A DNA stretch of 64,000 nucleotides from Camelus ferus (Eukaryota), in assembly GCF_009834535.1 (NCBI RefSeq), contig NC_045696.1:57414001-57478000 (forward strand), in the 5' to 3' direction. Shown piece after piece: positions 1 to 12,194 of the stretch. The position numbers were made by a program, and so were the translations under genes. Within the stretch, counting starts at the first letter, position 1, and each line of letters opens with the position of its first letter. Below the pieces are notes generated by a model. That model was not told the DNA's origin. It did no database searches and saw only the letters and a program-made list of their open reading frames with translations.

Positions 1-1084
1 CACTTCAAACTAAAGAGAATTGCCATATATGTTGGTTTTTTAAAAAAGTAATTGTCAAAATTATTTGTCAGAGGAAAACAGAAGCAATAGCAGAAGTTTT
101 TCAGTTTCTCTGAATCCTCACATAGAAACAGAAAGCATAAATAGATAATAAAACCAAAATCCATGGACAATATTTACAATAAAATTAGGAAGGTAATCCT
201 ACAAACCCCAAAATACAAGTAAGTAGGGATAAACAACCAAAAGGGACAAGATTTGCATGGGATTAGCGTTTGTGCTATAGGAAGAAGTCAGCAACAGAGC
301 AACATCTGATGGCCTTGAGAACAACGCCCAAATAGCCAGTAAGTTCTTATTGCGTAGCACTGTTGGCCCATCTTAAAACAGCAGCTTATATTGGCAGGGC
401 CTTCCCATTCTCCAATACTGGCTGAATGCAAGGGGTCCGTAGTAGAAAGGACTAACAGGCTAGACCAATCTAGTCCCTGTGAACTCTCAAAACTAACTCA
501 TCAGGGGTTTTTTCCAAGATACAAACTACACTAAGAAGAAACATCTAGGTGTGAAATAGAAATTAAGCAGAATAGGGGTAACAGAAATAGAAGAAAAACA
601 AGGGCTACACATGTGCTATATAATTCATTATCAACTAGCCACGTGTGGCTATCGAGGGCTTGAAATATATCTAATGTAAGTGAGGAAGTTAATTATTAAT
701 ATTATTTAATTTAAATTAATTTAAGTATAAAATACTTTTTCATTAAATACAACTATGTTTTAGTATGATTATATTTCACTTTCCCTGTTGCATCACATAA
801 GATACTGCTGAATTGTTGTGCAAGTAACAAGTATGCACATTGTTCCTAGTGCTATAATAAACATACCAGCTATCTAGTCTATGTCAAAGGATTGATTCAA
901 TTTAAACACTTTCTTCCTACATACCGATGTAACCCTGTAATGTGTTTATCTGAATACCTTAAGCAGAGAGTAGGAGTACCAGTTGATAACCTATGCAAAT
1001 CATAATTGGTAACTAAATTACAATACAAACACTTATTATTAATTTTAGTCAAATTATTTTTCTAGTTAAAAATAAATATAGATA

Positions 1085-1590
1085 AAAAGATGTGGTATAT
1101 TCATACAATGGAATACTATTCAGCCATAAAAACCAACAACATAACGCCATTTGCAGCAACATGGATGTTCCTGGAGAATGTCATTCTAAGTGAAGTAAGC
1201 CAGAAAGAGAAAGAAAAATACCATATGAGATTGCTCATATGTGAAACCAAAACAAACAAACAAACAAACAAAAAAACACCATAAATACAAAACAGAAACA
1301 ACAGACTCATAGACAGAGAATACAAACTTGTGGTTGCCAAGGCAGCAGGGGGTGGAAAGGGACAGACTGGGATTTCAAAATTTGTAGATACTGACAGGCA
1401 TATGCAGAATAGATAAACAAGATTATACTGTATAGCACAGGGAAATATATACAAGATCTTGTGGTAGCTGCCAGCAAAAAAAATGTGACAATGAATATAT
1501 GTATGTTCATGTATAACTGAAAATTGTGCTCTACACTGGAATTTGACACAACATTGTAAAATGACTATAACTCAATAAAAAATGTTAAAA
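1085..1590 (+). mobile_element. 5'-truncated young L1 (camelid-type 3' end) with target-site duplication
   Basis: L1 ORF2 C-terminal peptide MWYIHTMEYYSAIK..., 3' tail ...GACTATAACTCAATAAAAAATGTTAAAAA. TSD AAAAATAAATATAGATA (1068-1084) / AAAAATAAGTATAGATA (1588-1604) at a TT|AAAA site. Confidence 0.85.
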
Positions 1591-1639
1591 AATAAGTATA
1601 GATACATTTTTAAGTTTAAAATAAAAGTGTAATATTGAT

Positions 1640-1820
1640 GCATAGTTCATTCCTTCTGATTTCTAAGCAGTATTCCATTGTGTGGATATACCATGGTTTG
1701 TTTAAATATCCTCCTGCTGATAGACATGTGAGGTGTTTCTAGTTTTTGGTTATTACAAGAAAAGCTGCTATGAACACGCACATACAAGTCTATGTGGTCA
1801 TATGCTTTCATTTCTTACAG
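1640..1820 (-). mobile_element. Old L1M 3' fragment
   Basis: AGTATTCCATTGTGTGGATATACCATGGTTTGTTTAA...GCTGCTATGAACAC is the reverse complement of the L1 ORF2-end/3' UTR signature. Confidence 0.7.
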
Positions 1821-3266
1821 ATGTCGCTTTAAAGTTAATATGCTTTTCAAAGTCAAATTAATTGTCCTAAAAATAATTAAGCAGTTTCTTAACACAGATG
1901 CAAATATTAAAGGAAAATGATGTTTCAGCACTTGGTTCAGTTATTAGGAAGTTTCTAAATATGTACTGGAAAAACCTGAGTACATGAATCTATTTTTTTC
2001 AACTGGAAATTTTATGAAATCTAAACACAGATGAAGTATTTCCAATGAAAACTAAGCATCCAAATTGAGATATCATGTAAAATACACACCAAATTTCAGA
2101 CTTAGTACAGAAAAAAAATTAAATTAACACAAAAATAATTTTTATGTTAATCTTAAAAGTATATTTTTAATAAATTGGATTAAATAAAATATATTGTTAA
2201 CATTAATTTTACCTGTTTCTTTTTTACCTTTTGTAATGCAGCTGCTAAAAAAATTTTAAATTATACATGTGGCTCACATTATACTACTGTTGGACAATGT
2301 TAGTATAGACCAAAGTGAAGGTCAGGGGAAGAAAGCAAGGAAATCTCAGAAATTCACCTGCCCTATCTTTGAGCACACACACAAAACAACAACAAAAGAG
2401 ATAAGTCTGTTAATAAAACACAGTTTTCCTGAACTAAGCCTCCTTCTAAAAATTTAGGAAAATTAATTTCACACAAAAATAAAAAAACATAAAAGGATCC
2501 AAGTCAAATCCCATTCAAAGATACTATTAAAAAAGAAAAAATAACTAAGGAACATGTGAGAAGAGAGTACCATCAGCTCAAAAAACAAATCAAAATTGCA
2601 ATCTATTTCAACAGGTGTTTAAAAAAACATTAAGAAAATTATATAAGACGTGAAAATAAATTTTAAACATCAGAACTAGAAAAACTCAGAAACAAGGTAA
2701 CAGAATTCAAGAAGAATTTGATTCTTGTGAATCAAAATGAACTCTGACATATCATTTCAGAAAAGAAGACAAAACAAGAAGAAACACAAAAGCAAATAAA
2801 CACAAAATAGAATGCCTTAAATAAAATAAGGGAAAAAAAAGAAAAATCTTTTTAAAATGAAGAGATAAAAAGGAACTGAGAAAAACTGATGAATATTGAA
2901 GATAATCAAAGGTGGAACATAGGGATAACAGAATTCCCTAAAGAAGAAAACATACCAAATATTACAAGCTATATAATTCAAGAAACTCTTCTGAAAAAAA
3001 AGATGTGTGAAACCATATATTGAAAAACCATACTGGGTATCTACAAATATCAGCCATCAATGACAAACACTAATGCCCAGCCTAGTAAAATCACTAGACT
3101 TAGTGGAGGAGAAAGGAAGGGAGGGAAGAGAAGGGAAAGGAAGAAACAAAGAAGAAAATTGATAGATACATAGACAAATATCTATTGGGCATCTAGAAAA
3201 ATGTATTAGTCATAGCACTTTAGTGATATGTTAACTTAATGATTATAAAGTGACTGACACCCCTAC

Positions 3267-3395
3267 CTGTGTGGCTTGCTCTGCTCGTGCCTGGGTAAGT
3301 TGGGCTTGCAAACTGCTAATTAGTTCCTCCTTCTCCTGGAGTTTATGTTTTATCTTTTCTAGTTCCATCTCTTCCTCCGTAGAACTCTTGTCATG
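3267..3395 (-). CDS. GOLGB1: GOLGB1 (giantin) exon 5, 129 nt: HDKSSTEEEMELEKIKHKLQEKEELISSLQAQLTQARAEQATQ
   Basis: tttcag acceptor and CAG|gtaggg donor, phase 0-0. Matches the giantin N-terminal coiled coil. The gene continues beyond position 1. Confidence 0.95.
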
Positions 3396-3519
3396 CTGAA
3401 AACATAGGAGATAAAGTCATTTATTTAAAAGAATCTAATTTGCCCGATACAACCAGTTTATTATAGTTTTATCCAACTGCTGGGAGCAAGAAATAACACC
3501 TGACCTAACAACAAGGAAG

Positions 3520-3880
3520 GAATCCTGGAGTCTTCCAGTTTCAGTGTGGCCAAGGAGCTCCCGTTAGACCCATCCTCCCTCAGATAACCACTGTAAACTC
3601 TGGAAAAGATAGTAAAATCGCTATCTGAAAATGCTGCAGAGCAACCCAAAGCAGGAAGATGCTGGAGGGGAGTAGATACTTGGAAGAAATGGTACCAAAT
3701 TCCCCATTTTTATGGTTTTTAGTCTGAGGGCAAAACCAGTCAGTGACTGAAAGGATTAAAACTTAATAGAAAGCTCACAGTCTCACTGCCTTGAAGAACT
3801 AGAGGACAGAATTCAGGAAAACAAGGCTGCTGTTAAGTGAGGGGCAAAACATCATAAAAGAGCCAGTGGGGAGGAAGTAT
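3520..3880 (+). mobile_element. Old L1M 5'-end fragment
   Basis: Resembles L1MC/L1ME 5' UTR consensus (CCCTCAGATAACCACTGTAAACTCTGGAAAA...); judged from memory. Confidence 0.45.
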
Positions 3881-5451
3881 AACTCTTTCAAATACTCTAT
3901 TTTTTTCCCCCAAAAGTTCGTCCTTAGACTGAACTAGACTCTGCTTCCCAATTGAATTCACCACCACCTACCCCAAAATGAACCTAGTCTGTTCACTGGA
4001 ACTACACCAAATAATTTCACTTTCTTCTACATAATAGTCAGTCAAGCATCTGAGGCTAGCCACCACTTCTTCAACTACACTTTCCACAGAACATCAGCTT
4101 TGTAGTGAGCATACAATAGTTGAAAGGCTGCTATGACTGATTGCTGGAACTTAGAAATCATTTAATCCAACCTTTTTATTTAACAGAGGAAATAAATGAA
4201 GCTATAAAATGTTGATTTGTTTAAGGACTCTAAACTTTAAAAAAAAAAGGCAGAGTATAAAGTGGATCATCTAAAAATCTAACAATATAGCAGAAGGAAA
4301 TGTTTAGAGGAAACAAAGCAACATGGGGAGAGATAGGTTGGTGCTACCACAGCCAAAGGAAGGAAAAATTGTGAGAGGAAAAAAGGAAAAAAAAAAACCC
4401 AAAAAGTAAATAAAGAAGACTCAAGATGAAGACATTATTTAAGAAGAATAGGAGAAGCTTCTAAAATAAGCTTTGAGAAGTTAAATATGGCTATCATTGC
4501 AGGAAAAGAGTTACCTTTTGAGCATTAGACCCAGGAAAGAAAGACTAACCAGGGTACTCGTGAGCTAACTAGTGACCCCAAGGATTATGCCTAGAATTGA
4601 TTAAAATCTAATTTCCTAAGAGTAAAAACATTGTGAATAAGAATATTAGTGAGTCATAAGGTAAAACAGGATGAAATCTAAAAAAAATTTAAAGATTTCT
4701 TATGTAGAGTGACATCTAAGCCAACTGTAACGTGCACGTGATGTGCCAGCCTCTCTTTGTCCTATACCAAACTCTCCAAAAAACAAAAACAAAAACAAAA
4801 ACAAAAACCCTGAGGTTTCTTGTACTCTAAAGAGCTGACTGAATGTGAATATGTAGGGTTTAACCACAGAGGAAAGGTAATAAGAACAAGTATTGGGACA
4901 ATGCTTTATTCCTCAAAAGGCAACACTTTACTTATTTCTCTCTCCACCCCCAACCTTAAACTGTCTTGTTGGTGGCAGTCATAAACCTAGAGAGCATCCC
5001 TTATAGGAGCCCAAGATGTATGAAACTTTAATGTATTATTATGTCACTATATGAAGACAAAGAATATTCTGTATCAAGTCACTGAACCAGAGAATTTCAG
5101 AGAGAGAAACCTTACATATCACCTAGTTTAATCTTTGAAGCAGTGATGAAACTTCTCTAAAAGCTATGTGCTTCTCCTATCCAAATGCCTCACTACAATA
5201 TTTATTTCTTCCTGTTAGCCTTTTTAATTCTTTGAAAGTCTAGGTCACAACTGATACTGAATTTCCATGTTTTCTGTTGGTCTTTTATTCTGTGTATGGC
5301 CCACAGCCCAGCTAGACTGCAAGTTCAATAAGAAAGGATAGCATTTAGTGCTAGATTACTTTAGCCTCATAAATTTTTGTGATTAGTGAAGATGTGCCAT
5401 ATGGGAGGCTTTTCCTACTCAGAAAATATGTATTATACCCAATCACCATAC

Positions 5452-5604
5452 CTTGGAGAGTTGCTCCTCTGACTGAGGTTCTGCAGACAGAACAGTCCCT
5501 CCTTGTGCCTTCATCTCTTCTATGTGTTTATTCAAAGAAGTTAACTTGGCCTTAGCATGAAGTTTTAGTTTTTTTATTTTGTTATCAGCAGCTTTTCTTT
5601 CTTC
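5452..5604 (-). CDS. GOLGB1: GOLGB1 exon 4, 153 nt: EERKAADNKIKKLKLHAKAKLTSLNKHIEEMKAQGGTVLSAEPQSEEQLSK
   Basis: ctgacag acceptor and AAG|gtatgg donor, phase 0-0. Matches giantin. Confidence 0.96.
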
Positions 5605-5796
5605 CTGTCAGAGAACAATGATGGTAAATAAACAAATGTTTATTCATCAGTTATCTAGCATATAACAAAAGGTATTCTCAGTAGACATCATCCTACAGCA
5701 TTAGGGAAATAAGAATCAGATTCTCTAATAATCTAAGTGACTGTTACATCTGTCTTTCATCAAATATTTGGCAAGAAAGGACAAAAACAATGATAC

Positions 5797-5949
5797 CTGT
5801 AGAACTTCATCCTTCTGCTGCAGTTGAGCATCCTTCTCTCTGATGATTTCTTTTAGTTCCACCACCAACTGCTCTGCATAAGCCAGGCGCTCCAGAACAT
5901 CCTCCTGTGTTCTATCATTAAATTCCATGTCAGGTTCTTGGGGTAATTC
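5797..5949 (-). CDS. GOLGB1: GOLGB1 exon 3, 153 nt: ELPQEPDMEFNDRTQEDVLERLAYAEQLVVELKEIIREKDAQLQQKDEVLQ
   Basis: tactag acceptor and CAG|gtatca donor. Overlaps ORF 5725..5928. Matches giantin. Confidence 0.96.
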
Positions 5950-6700
5950 CTAGTATTTAGACAAAAAGTTGCCAGTGCATGAGGGAAAAGGTATTAGCAT
6001 CCAACAGGAGTTCCTTCATTCCAGCTTCATCTTATCTCTTGCTCAATTCATATCCTTACTTATGAAATCTTTCCAATAATAATTATTACCCAATAATTAT
6101 TATTATCTAGAACATACTATCATAGCAATATATTACATATTTTGTAAATGTTAACCATTTTATAAACATTATCTCATTTATAATCTTATTATAGTAATTT
6201 CACCAAAGATAAAAATAAAGGGAAGCAAAGATCACAAACCATTAAGTGGAAGAGCCAAAATTTAAAATTTAACAGGCAATACTGCTTGTCTTTTCAGAAA
6301 GCAAAACGACTTCTTTTGATCCCTATGTGGCCCTCAGAAAATACAATACAAACAGATATTCTCAAACCCAAAAGGTGTTCCAGTTCCACCATTTGTCATT
6401 TCAAACCTTTCCTGTGGAACAGGAATACATACTGGAGGAGTTAAAACAATCTAGCACTAAACAAGGGGACAAACGAGAACAATCTTTCTAACCTCATCCA
6501 GAACTTGATTCCCCTCACTGTGGCTCACAGGCTACAGACTTGGAGGAAAAGGATCATTTATAAAGTCTCCATGTTTTTCATAATCTTGTCTTCCACTTAG
6601 CACAAGGGAAGCTGCCTATATCCTTCTATCTTACATTTTTGTCCTCAGAAGAACATGGAATATATGTCTCATCAGCTTAATTCAGAACAGAGCTACTCAC

Positions 6701-6793
6701 AGGTTCTAAGGAAGCCTTCATATTCTCATCAGTATCATCTCCTGATAATTCATGCAAAACAACATTAGCTAATCCTGACAATCGGCTCAGCAT
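6701..6793 (-). CDS. GOLGB1: GOLGB1 exon 2 coding part (exon 6701-6795): MLSRLSGLANVVLHELSGDDTDENMKASLEP
   Basis: ttttctttcctgcag|AA ATG CTG, donor CCT|gtgagt. This is the recognisable giantin N-terminus. Confidence 0.97.
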
Positions 6794-7269
6794 TTCTGCA
6801 GGAAAGAAAACATAAGAATCAGTAAAATGGACGTAGGCTTCTCCTATGATGGTAACTGTATTATGTCTAAGTGAAATAAGAAAACTGTGCAGGTAATATA
6901 TATTCAACACAGACTCCAGCATGGTGATGTCTTTAAAAAGGCATTTGAGTATATACAGTGTAATCACACTCTGTTCTTTTCAGTGGCAATTGCACAGAGA
7001 TTTTACTCACCATCACTAATATTTTTTAAATGAAATACAAATACATAATTGTTTAGTGGAAAATAATACACCTTAAGGTTATCTTTAATGCTTTTTCTAT
7101 CATCATAATTTCATTTACAAACATGGACATCTAACTATTCCTTCCCCTGCCAGACTATTACTTTCTTCTATGTTGTCAAATACACCCAGGATTCAAAAAA
7201 TTTTTTCTTTTATGTGTCCATGAACCCCATTCTATGTGGTTTCACTAAAATTTAAATGTAATCCTTGCT

Positions 7270-7715
7270 CAAAGTGTATAGCATTAAATGCATATACTAC
7301 AGGAAAAAAAAGGAAGGAGGACTGAAATCAGCAACCTATGCTTCTATAGGGAATTGGAAAAAGAAGAGCAAATTAAAACAAATATAAGCAGAAAAAAGAA
7401 AGTACTAGAGCAAAAATTAATAAAATTGGAAATAGAAAAAAAGAGAAAATCAATAAAACCAAAAGTTGGTTCTTTGAAAAGATGAATAAAATGTATAAAG
7501 CTCAGTCAGGATGACCAACAAAAAAAGAGAAAAGATACAAAATATCAACACCAGATAAGAAAGAGAAGACACTACTACTGACCTAACATACATAAAAAGG
7601 TAATACAGTAACATCACAAACAACTCTTGCTCATAAATTCATCAACATAGATGAAATGGGCCAATTCCTTGAAAGATACAAGCCACCAAAACTCACTCAA
7701 GAAGAAATAAACCCC
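7270..7715 (+). mobile_element. L1 ORF2 fragment
   Basis: Degenerate ORF2 peptides (ELEKEEQIK..., MGQFLERYKPPKLTQEEIN). Confidence 0.8.
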
Positions 7716-8534
7716 CATATACACATCCTTTGCCTCTTTTTTTCTTTCCTTCCTTCCTTCGTTCCTTCCTTCCTTCGTTCCCTGTCTTTATTTAATCATT
7801 CATTCATTCAGACCGGTGTCACCAGCCAGTCCATAAACCCTTTGAAAGTGAAAACTGTAATGTTTTCATATGAAAAATCAAAATAAATTAGACTGTGCAT
7901 AGCATTAGACAGGTGATTATGCTAAATCATATGCATAGTGACAAAATACTATCAAGCTTTTAAAACCCTCAGCAGGGAGAAATGCAAAAGCTGTTGTACA
8001 AAATAAGCACTTCAATAAAACTAGTCTCTGCTATAGTTTTCTTCTACTCACGGTAGTAATAGTGTTTAGGGCAGCCATGGTCCTTCATTAAGAAAGAAAT
8101 GGCAAGACTTCTGTTTCTACAACATGTTAATTGGATAAGCAGTATATATAGCATTTGGAAAAGATGTATGAAACGGGAAAGAAAAAAGAGAACCACAACT
8201 AGGAGGGCAACATAGGACCATATACAACTACACATATAACTACTCTAAGGGCAACACAGGGTCATATGTAAGTACATAGGGACATCATAATCACTCATTC
8301 AAGCTATGAGATGCATAACAACAGTCAGTTAATAAAAATCATAATTCACCAGGACAAAGACTCTTTAGACTTTCAACTCTAGAGATTCAATTTTCTATAG
8401 TAACTATTAATGAAGGAAATGAACACTACAACTAAAGAGCCATTATTAGGCACAGAAATTTGCACTAATCAAAAAGTCATAACAGAACCTAACTTATCAA
8501 ACAGAATCACTTTATCTTCAGATTTTTTTTATCA

Positions 8535-11500
8535 CTTCTGATCACAATGGTATGAAATTAGAAATCAGTAACAAGAGGAAAAGTGGAAAATTCACAAACA
8601 TGTGGAAATTAAACAACACACTTCTGTACCACCAATGGGATAAAGAAAAAATCAAAAGGAAAATAAAAAATTATCCTGAGACAAATGAAAATAAAAACAT
8701 GACAAACCAAAACTCCTGGGATGCAGCAAAAATGTAAGTTCTAAGAGGGAAGCTTACGGCAATAAACTCCTGCATTTAGAAAAAACAAATACCTTGAATA
8801 AATAATCTAATTTTGCACCTTAAGGAATTAGAAAAAGAACAAACTAAGCTGAAAGTTAGCAGAAGGAAGGAAATAACCAGGATCAATACAGAAATAAATG
8901 AACTGAAGAGTACAAAAACAATAGAAAAGATTAATAAAACTAAGTTTCATTTTTCAATGAAACTAACTGGTTTTCTGAAGAGATAAACAAAATTGACAAA
9001 TTCAGTTATATCAACTAAGAAAAAAAGGGAGAAGATTCAAATAAAAGTATAAGTGAAAGAAAAGACATTAAAACTGATACCACAGAAATACAAAGGATCA
9101 TAAGGGACTATGATAAACAATTATATGCCAACAAATTGGACAACCTGGAAGAAACAGATAAATTCCTAGATATATATAACCTATCACAACTCAATTGTGA
9201 AGAAACAGAAAATCTCAACAGAACAAAAACAAGTAAGGAGACTGAAACATCCAGAACTTGATGGTTTCGCTGGTGAATTCTACTACATGTTTAAAGAAGA
9301 ATTAATGCCAATTTTTCTCAAACTCTTTCCCAAAAATTGAAGAGGAGGGAACACATCTACAAACCAATGTGATATACCATATCAACAGAATGAAAGATAA
9401 ATATCATAAAATCATCTGAATAGATGCAGAAAAAGCATCTGACAAAATCCAAAATCCTTCATGATAAAAACTCTCAACAAATTAGGTACAGAAGGAGTGC
9501 ACCTCAACATAATAAGGTTATATACACATCACACTCAATGGCAAAAAGCTAGAAGCTTCTGCTCCAAGATCAGAAACAAGACAAGGATGCCCATTCTCAC
9601 TACTTCTATTCAATATAGTGCTAGAATTCCTAGCCACAGCAATTACACAAGAAAATAAATAATAGGCATCCAAATCAGAAAGAAATAATAAAACTATCTC
9701 TGTTTGCAGAAGACATAATCTTCCATATAGAAAATGCTAAAGAATTCACACACACAAAAGCTGTTAATACAAATGAATTCGGTAAAGTTGCAAGATACGA
9801 AATCAATATGCAAAAATTACTGTGTTTTTATATACTAACAATGAGCTAGTCAAAAAAATAAATTAAGAAAACAACCCTATTTATATAGCATCAAAAATAA
9901 TAATAAAGTACTTACAAATAAATTTAAAAAGATGTGAAACATTTGTACACTGAAAACTATAAAACATTGAAAGAAATTAAAGAAGACACAAATAAATGGA
10001 GAGATATCCTGTGTTCACAGATTGGAAGAATTAATATTGTTAAAATGTACATAACATTCAAAGCAGTGTACAGAGTCAATGCAATCCTTATCAAAACTCC
10101 ATTACCCTTTTTCACAGAAAGAGGGAAAAAAATCCTAAAATCATGTGGAACTACAAAAGACCATGAATAGCCAAAGCAATCTTGAGCAAGAATGAAGCTG
10201 GAGGTATCACGCTACTTGATTTCAAAATATACTACAAAGCTATAGTAATCAAAACAGTATGGTATTGGCATAAAAACAGACATACAGGCCAATGGAACAG
10301 AATAAAGAGCCCTGAAATAAATTAACACATTTACTATCAACTGATCATTAAAAAAGGTGCCAGGAGCACACAACAGGTAAAGAACAGTTTCTTCAATAAA
10401 TGGTATTGGGAAAACTGGATATCCACATGCAGAAGAATGAAACTGGACTCTTATCTCACCCCATATACAAAAATCAACTCCAAAAGGGTTAAAGACTTAA
10501 AACATGCAACTGTAAAACTAGTAGAAGAAAAAACAGAAAAAAGGCTTCTTGACATTGATCTGGGCAATTATTTCTTAGATATGACTCCAAAAGTACAGAT
10601 AAAAAAGCAAAAATGAAAAATGATATTCCACCAAACTAAAAAGCTACTGTACAGAAAAGGAAACAATGAATAGAATGAAGAGATAACCTATGGAATGGAA
10701 GAAAATATTTGGAAACCACACATCTGATACAGTATTAATATCCAAAATATAATGGAACTCAAACAACTCAACAGCAAGAAAACAAATAACCCGAATTTTA
10801 AATGGGAAAACAAAGGATTTACATAGACACTTCTCAAAAGAAGACATACAAATGGCCAACAGGTATACGATAAATGCTCAACATCACTAATCATCAAGGG
10901 AATGCAAACAAAAATCACAGTATCACCTCACATCACTAATAGAAAGGCTATTATCCAAAAGACAAAAGATAATAAGTGTTGGCCAGGATGTGGAGAAAAA
11001 GAAACCCTTGAACACTGCTGGTGTGAATGTAAATTGGTACAGTTATTTTGGAAAACAGTCGGGAGGTTCCTCAAAAAACTAAAGATAGAACAACCATCTG
11101 AACCAGCAATTCCACTTCTAGGTATATATATCCAAAAGAAACGAAATTAATATCTTGAAGAAATATGTGTACTCCTATGGTTATTGCAGCATTATTCACA
11201 ATAGTTAAAATACAGAATCAACCTGTGTCTATTAACAGGTGAATGGATAAAGAAAATGTGGTAGATACACACAATGGAATATTATTCACTGCCCCCCCCC
11301 AAAATAAGGAAATCCTGTCATTTGCAAAAACATGGGTGAATCTGGAGGACATTATGCTGAGTGAAATAAGCCAGATACAGAAAGACAAATACTGCCTGAT
11401 CTTACCTATATATGGAATCTAAAATAGTCAAACGCAAGGAAGCAGAGAGTTGAATAGTGGTAGCCAGCAGGTACAGGGGAGATGTTTGTCAAAAGGTACA

Positions 11501-11775
11501 AAATTTCAATTATGCCAGATGAGTAAGTTCTGAGAATCTAATGTTCATCATGGTGACTACAGACAGTAATACTGTACTGTATATTTGAAGTTTGCTAACA
11601 GAGTAGATCTTAAATGTTCTTACCACACACATGCAAAAAAGGTAACCATGTAAGGTGATAAATATATTAATTAGCTTGACTGTAATAATCATTTAACAAT
11701 GTATTGTATATCAACATATCACATATACCTTAAATATATATTTTTATTAATTATACATCAAAAAGCTTAAAAATG
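8535..11775 (+). mobile_element. 5'-truncated, decayed L1 (L1MA-type; ORF2 remnants plus 3' UTR), with an internal deletion near 9355
   Basis: ORF2 fragments in the ORF track (8552, 9461, 9934, 10902: [27 protein letters not shown]...[17 protein letters not shown]). L1MA-like 3' UTR (AGAGTAGATCTTAAATGTTCTTACCAC). Multiple frameshifts and stops. Confidence 0.92.
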
Positions 11776-12194
11776 ATATCTACTTTCAATATTAACACTT
11801 ACTTACCAAAAATTAATAATTGCTAAATGTATTTACAGCACCTAACATGTACAGCAGAACACAAACAGTAGATATATGACAGAGATATGTATCATATTTA
11901 CTTTTACAAAAGAAAAATTGAACTTTGATACTCTCACCATTTTCTATGATGCAAACTTTGCTGAACACACAGATATATATGATGATATCTCATATGAATT
12001 AAAACAAATAAGTTTATCAATTATGCCTCATCAAAAATAGAAAAACCCAGAAATGAAGCAGAAACAAGAAATAATTTAAAATTTTAAAAATTCATTTTGG
12101 AAATGAAGATGAAACTGAAAGGAATAAGTGTATGAATAATCAAAACAAAGCATGCCTTAAGAAAAAAAAAGAATGTTGAAATAAAGGATAACTT

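Larger units (their letters stand above)
610..2305 (+). mobile_element. hAT-Charlie DNA transposon relic (Charlie1a-like), interrupted by L1 pieces
   Basis: Left end ACTAGCCACGTGTGGCTATCGAGGGCTTGAAAT and right end TACATGTGGCTCACATTATACTACTGTTGGACAATG resemble MER3/MER33/Charlie1 termini as I recall them. Confidence 0.7.
70..3200 (+). mobile_element. Ancient HAL1/L1M-type 5' and ORF1 relic (pieces ~70-600 and ~2310-3200), split by a Charlie1-type insertion
   Basis: A-rich, degenerate ORF1-like sequence. 2880-3100 aligns by eye with 15210-15435 (e.g. GAATATTGAAGATAATCAAAGG vs AAATGTTGAAGATAAGCAATGAGG; CTAGTAAAATCACTAGACT vs CTAGTAAAATTAATGGACT). Boundaries approximate. Confidence 0.5.

Noticed and set aside
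638..644. GASE-like ACGTGGC in GOLGB1 intron 5
   Set aside because: It is a one-base variant of the Charlie subterminal palindrome AGCCACATGTGGCT, far from the promoter.
8552..11150. Several + strand ORFs resembling reverse transcriptase-associated protein
   Set aside because: They are frameshifted fragments of one dead L1 ORF2.
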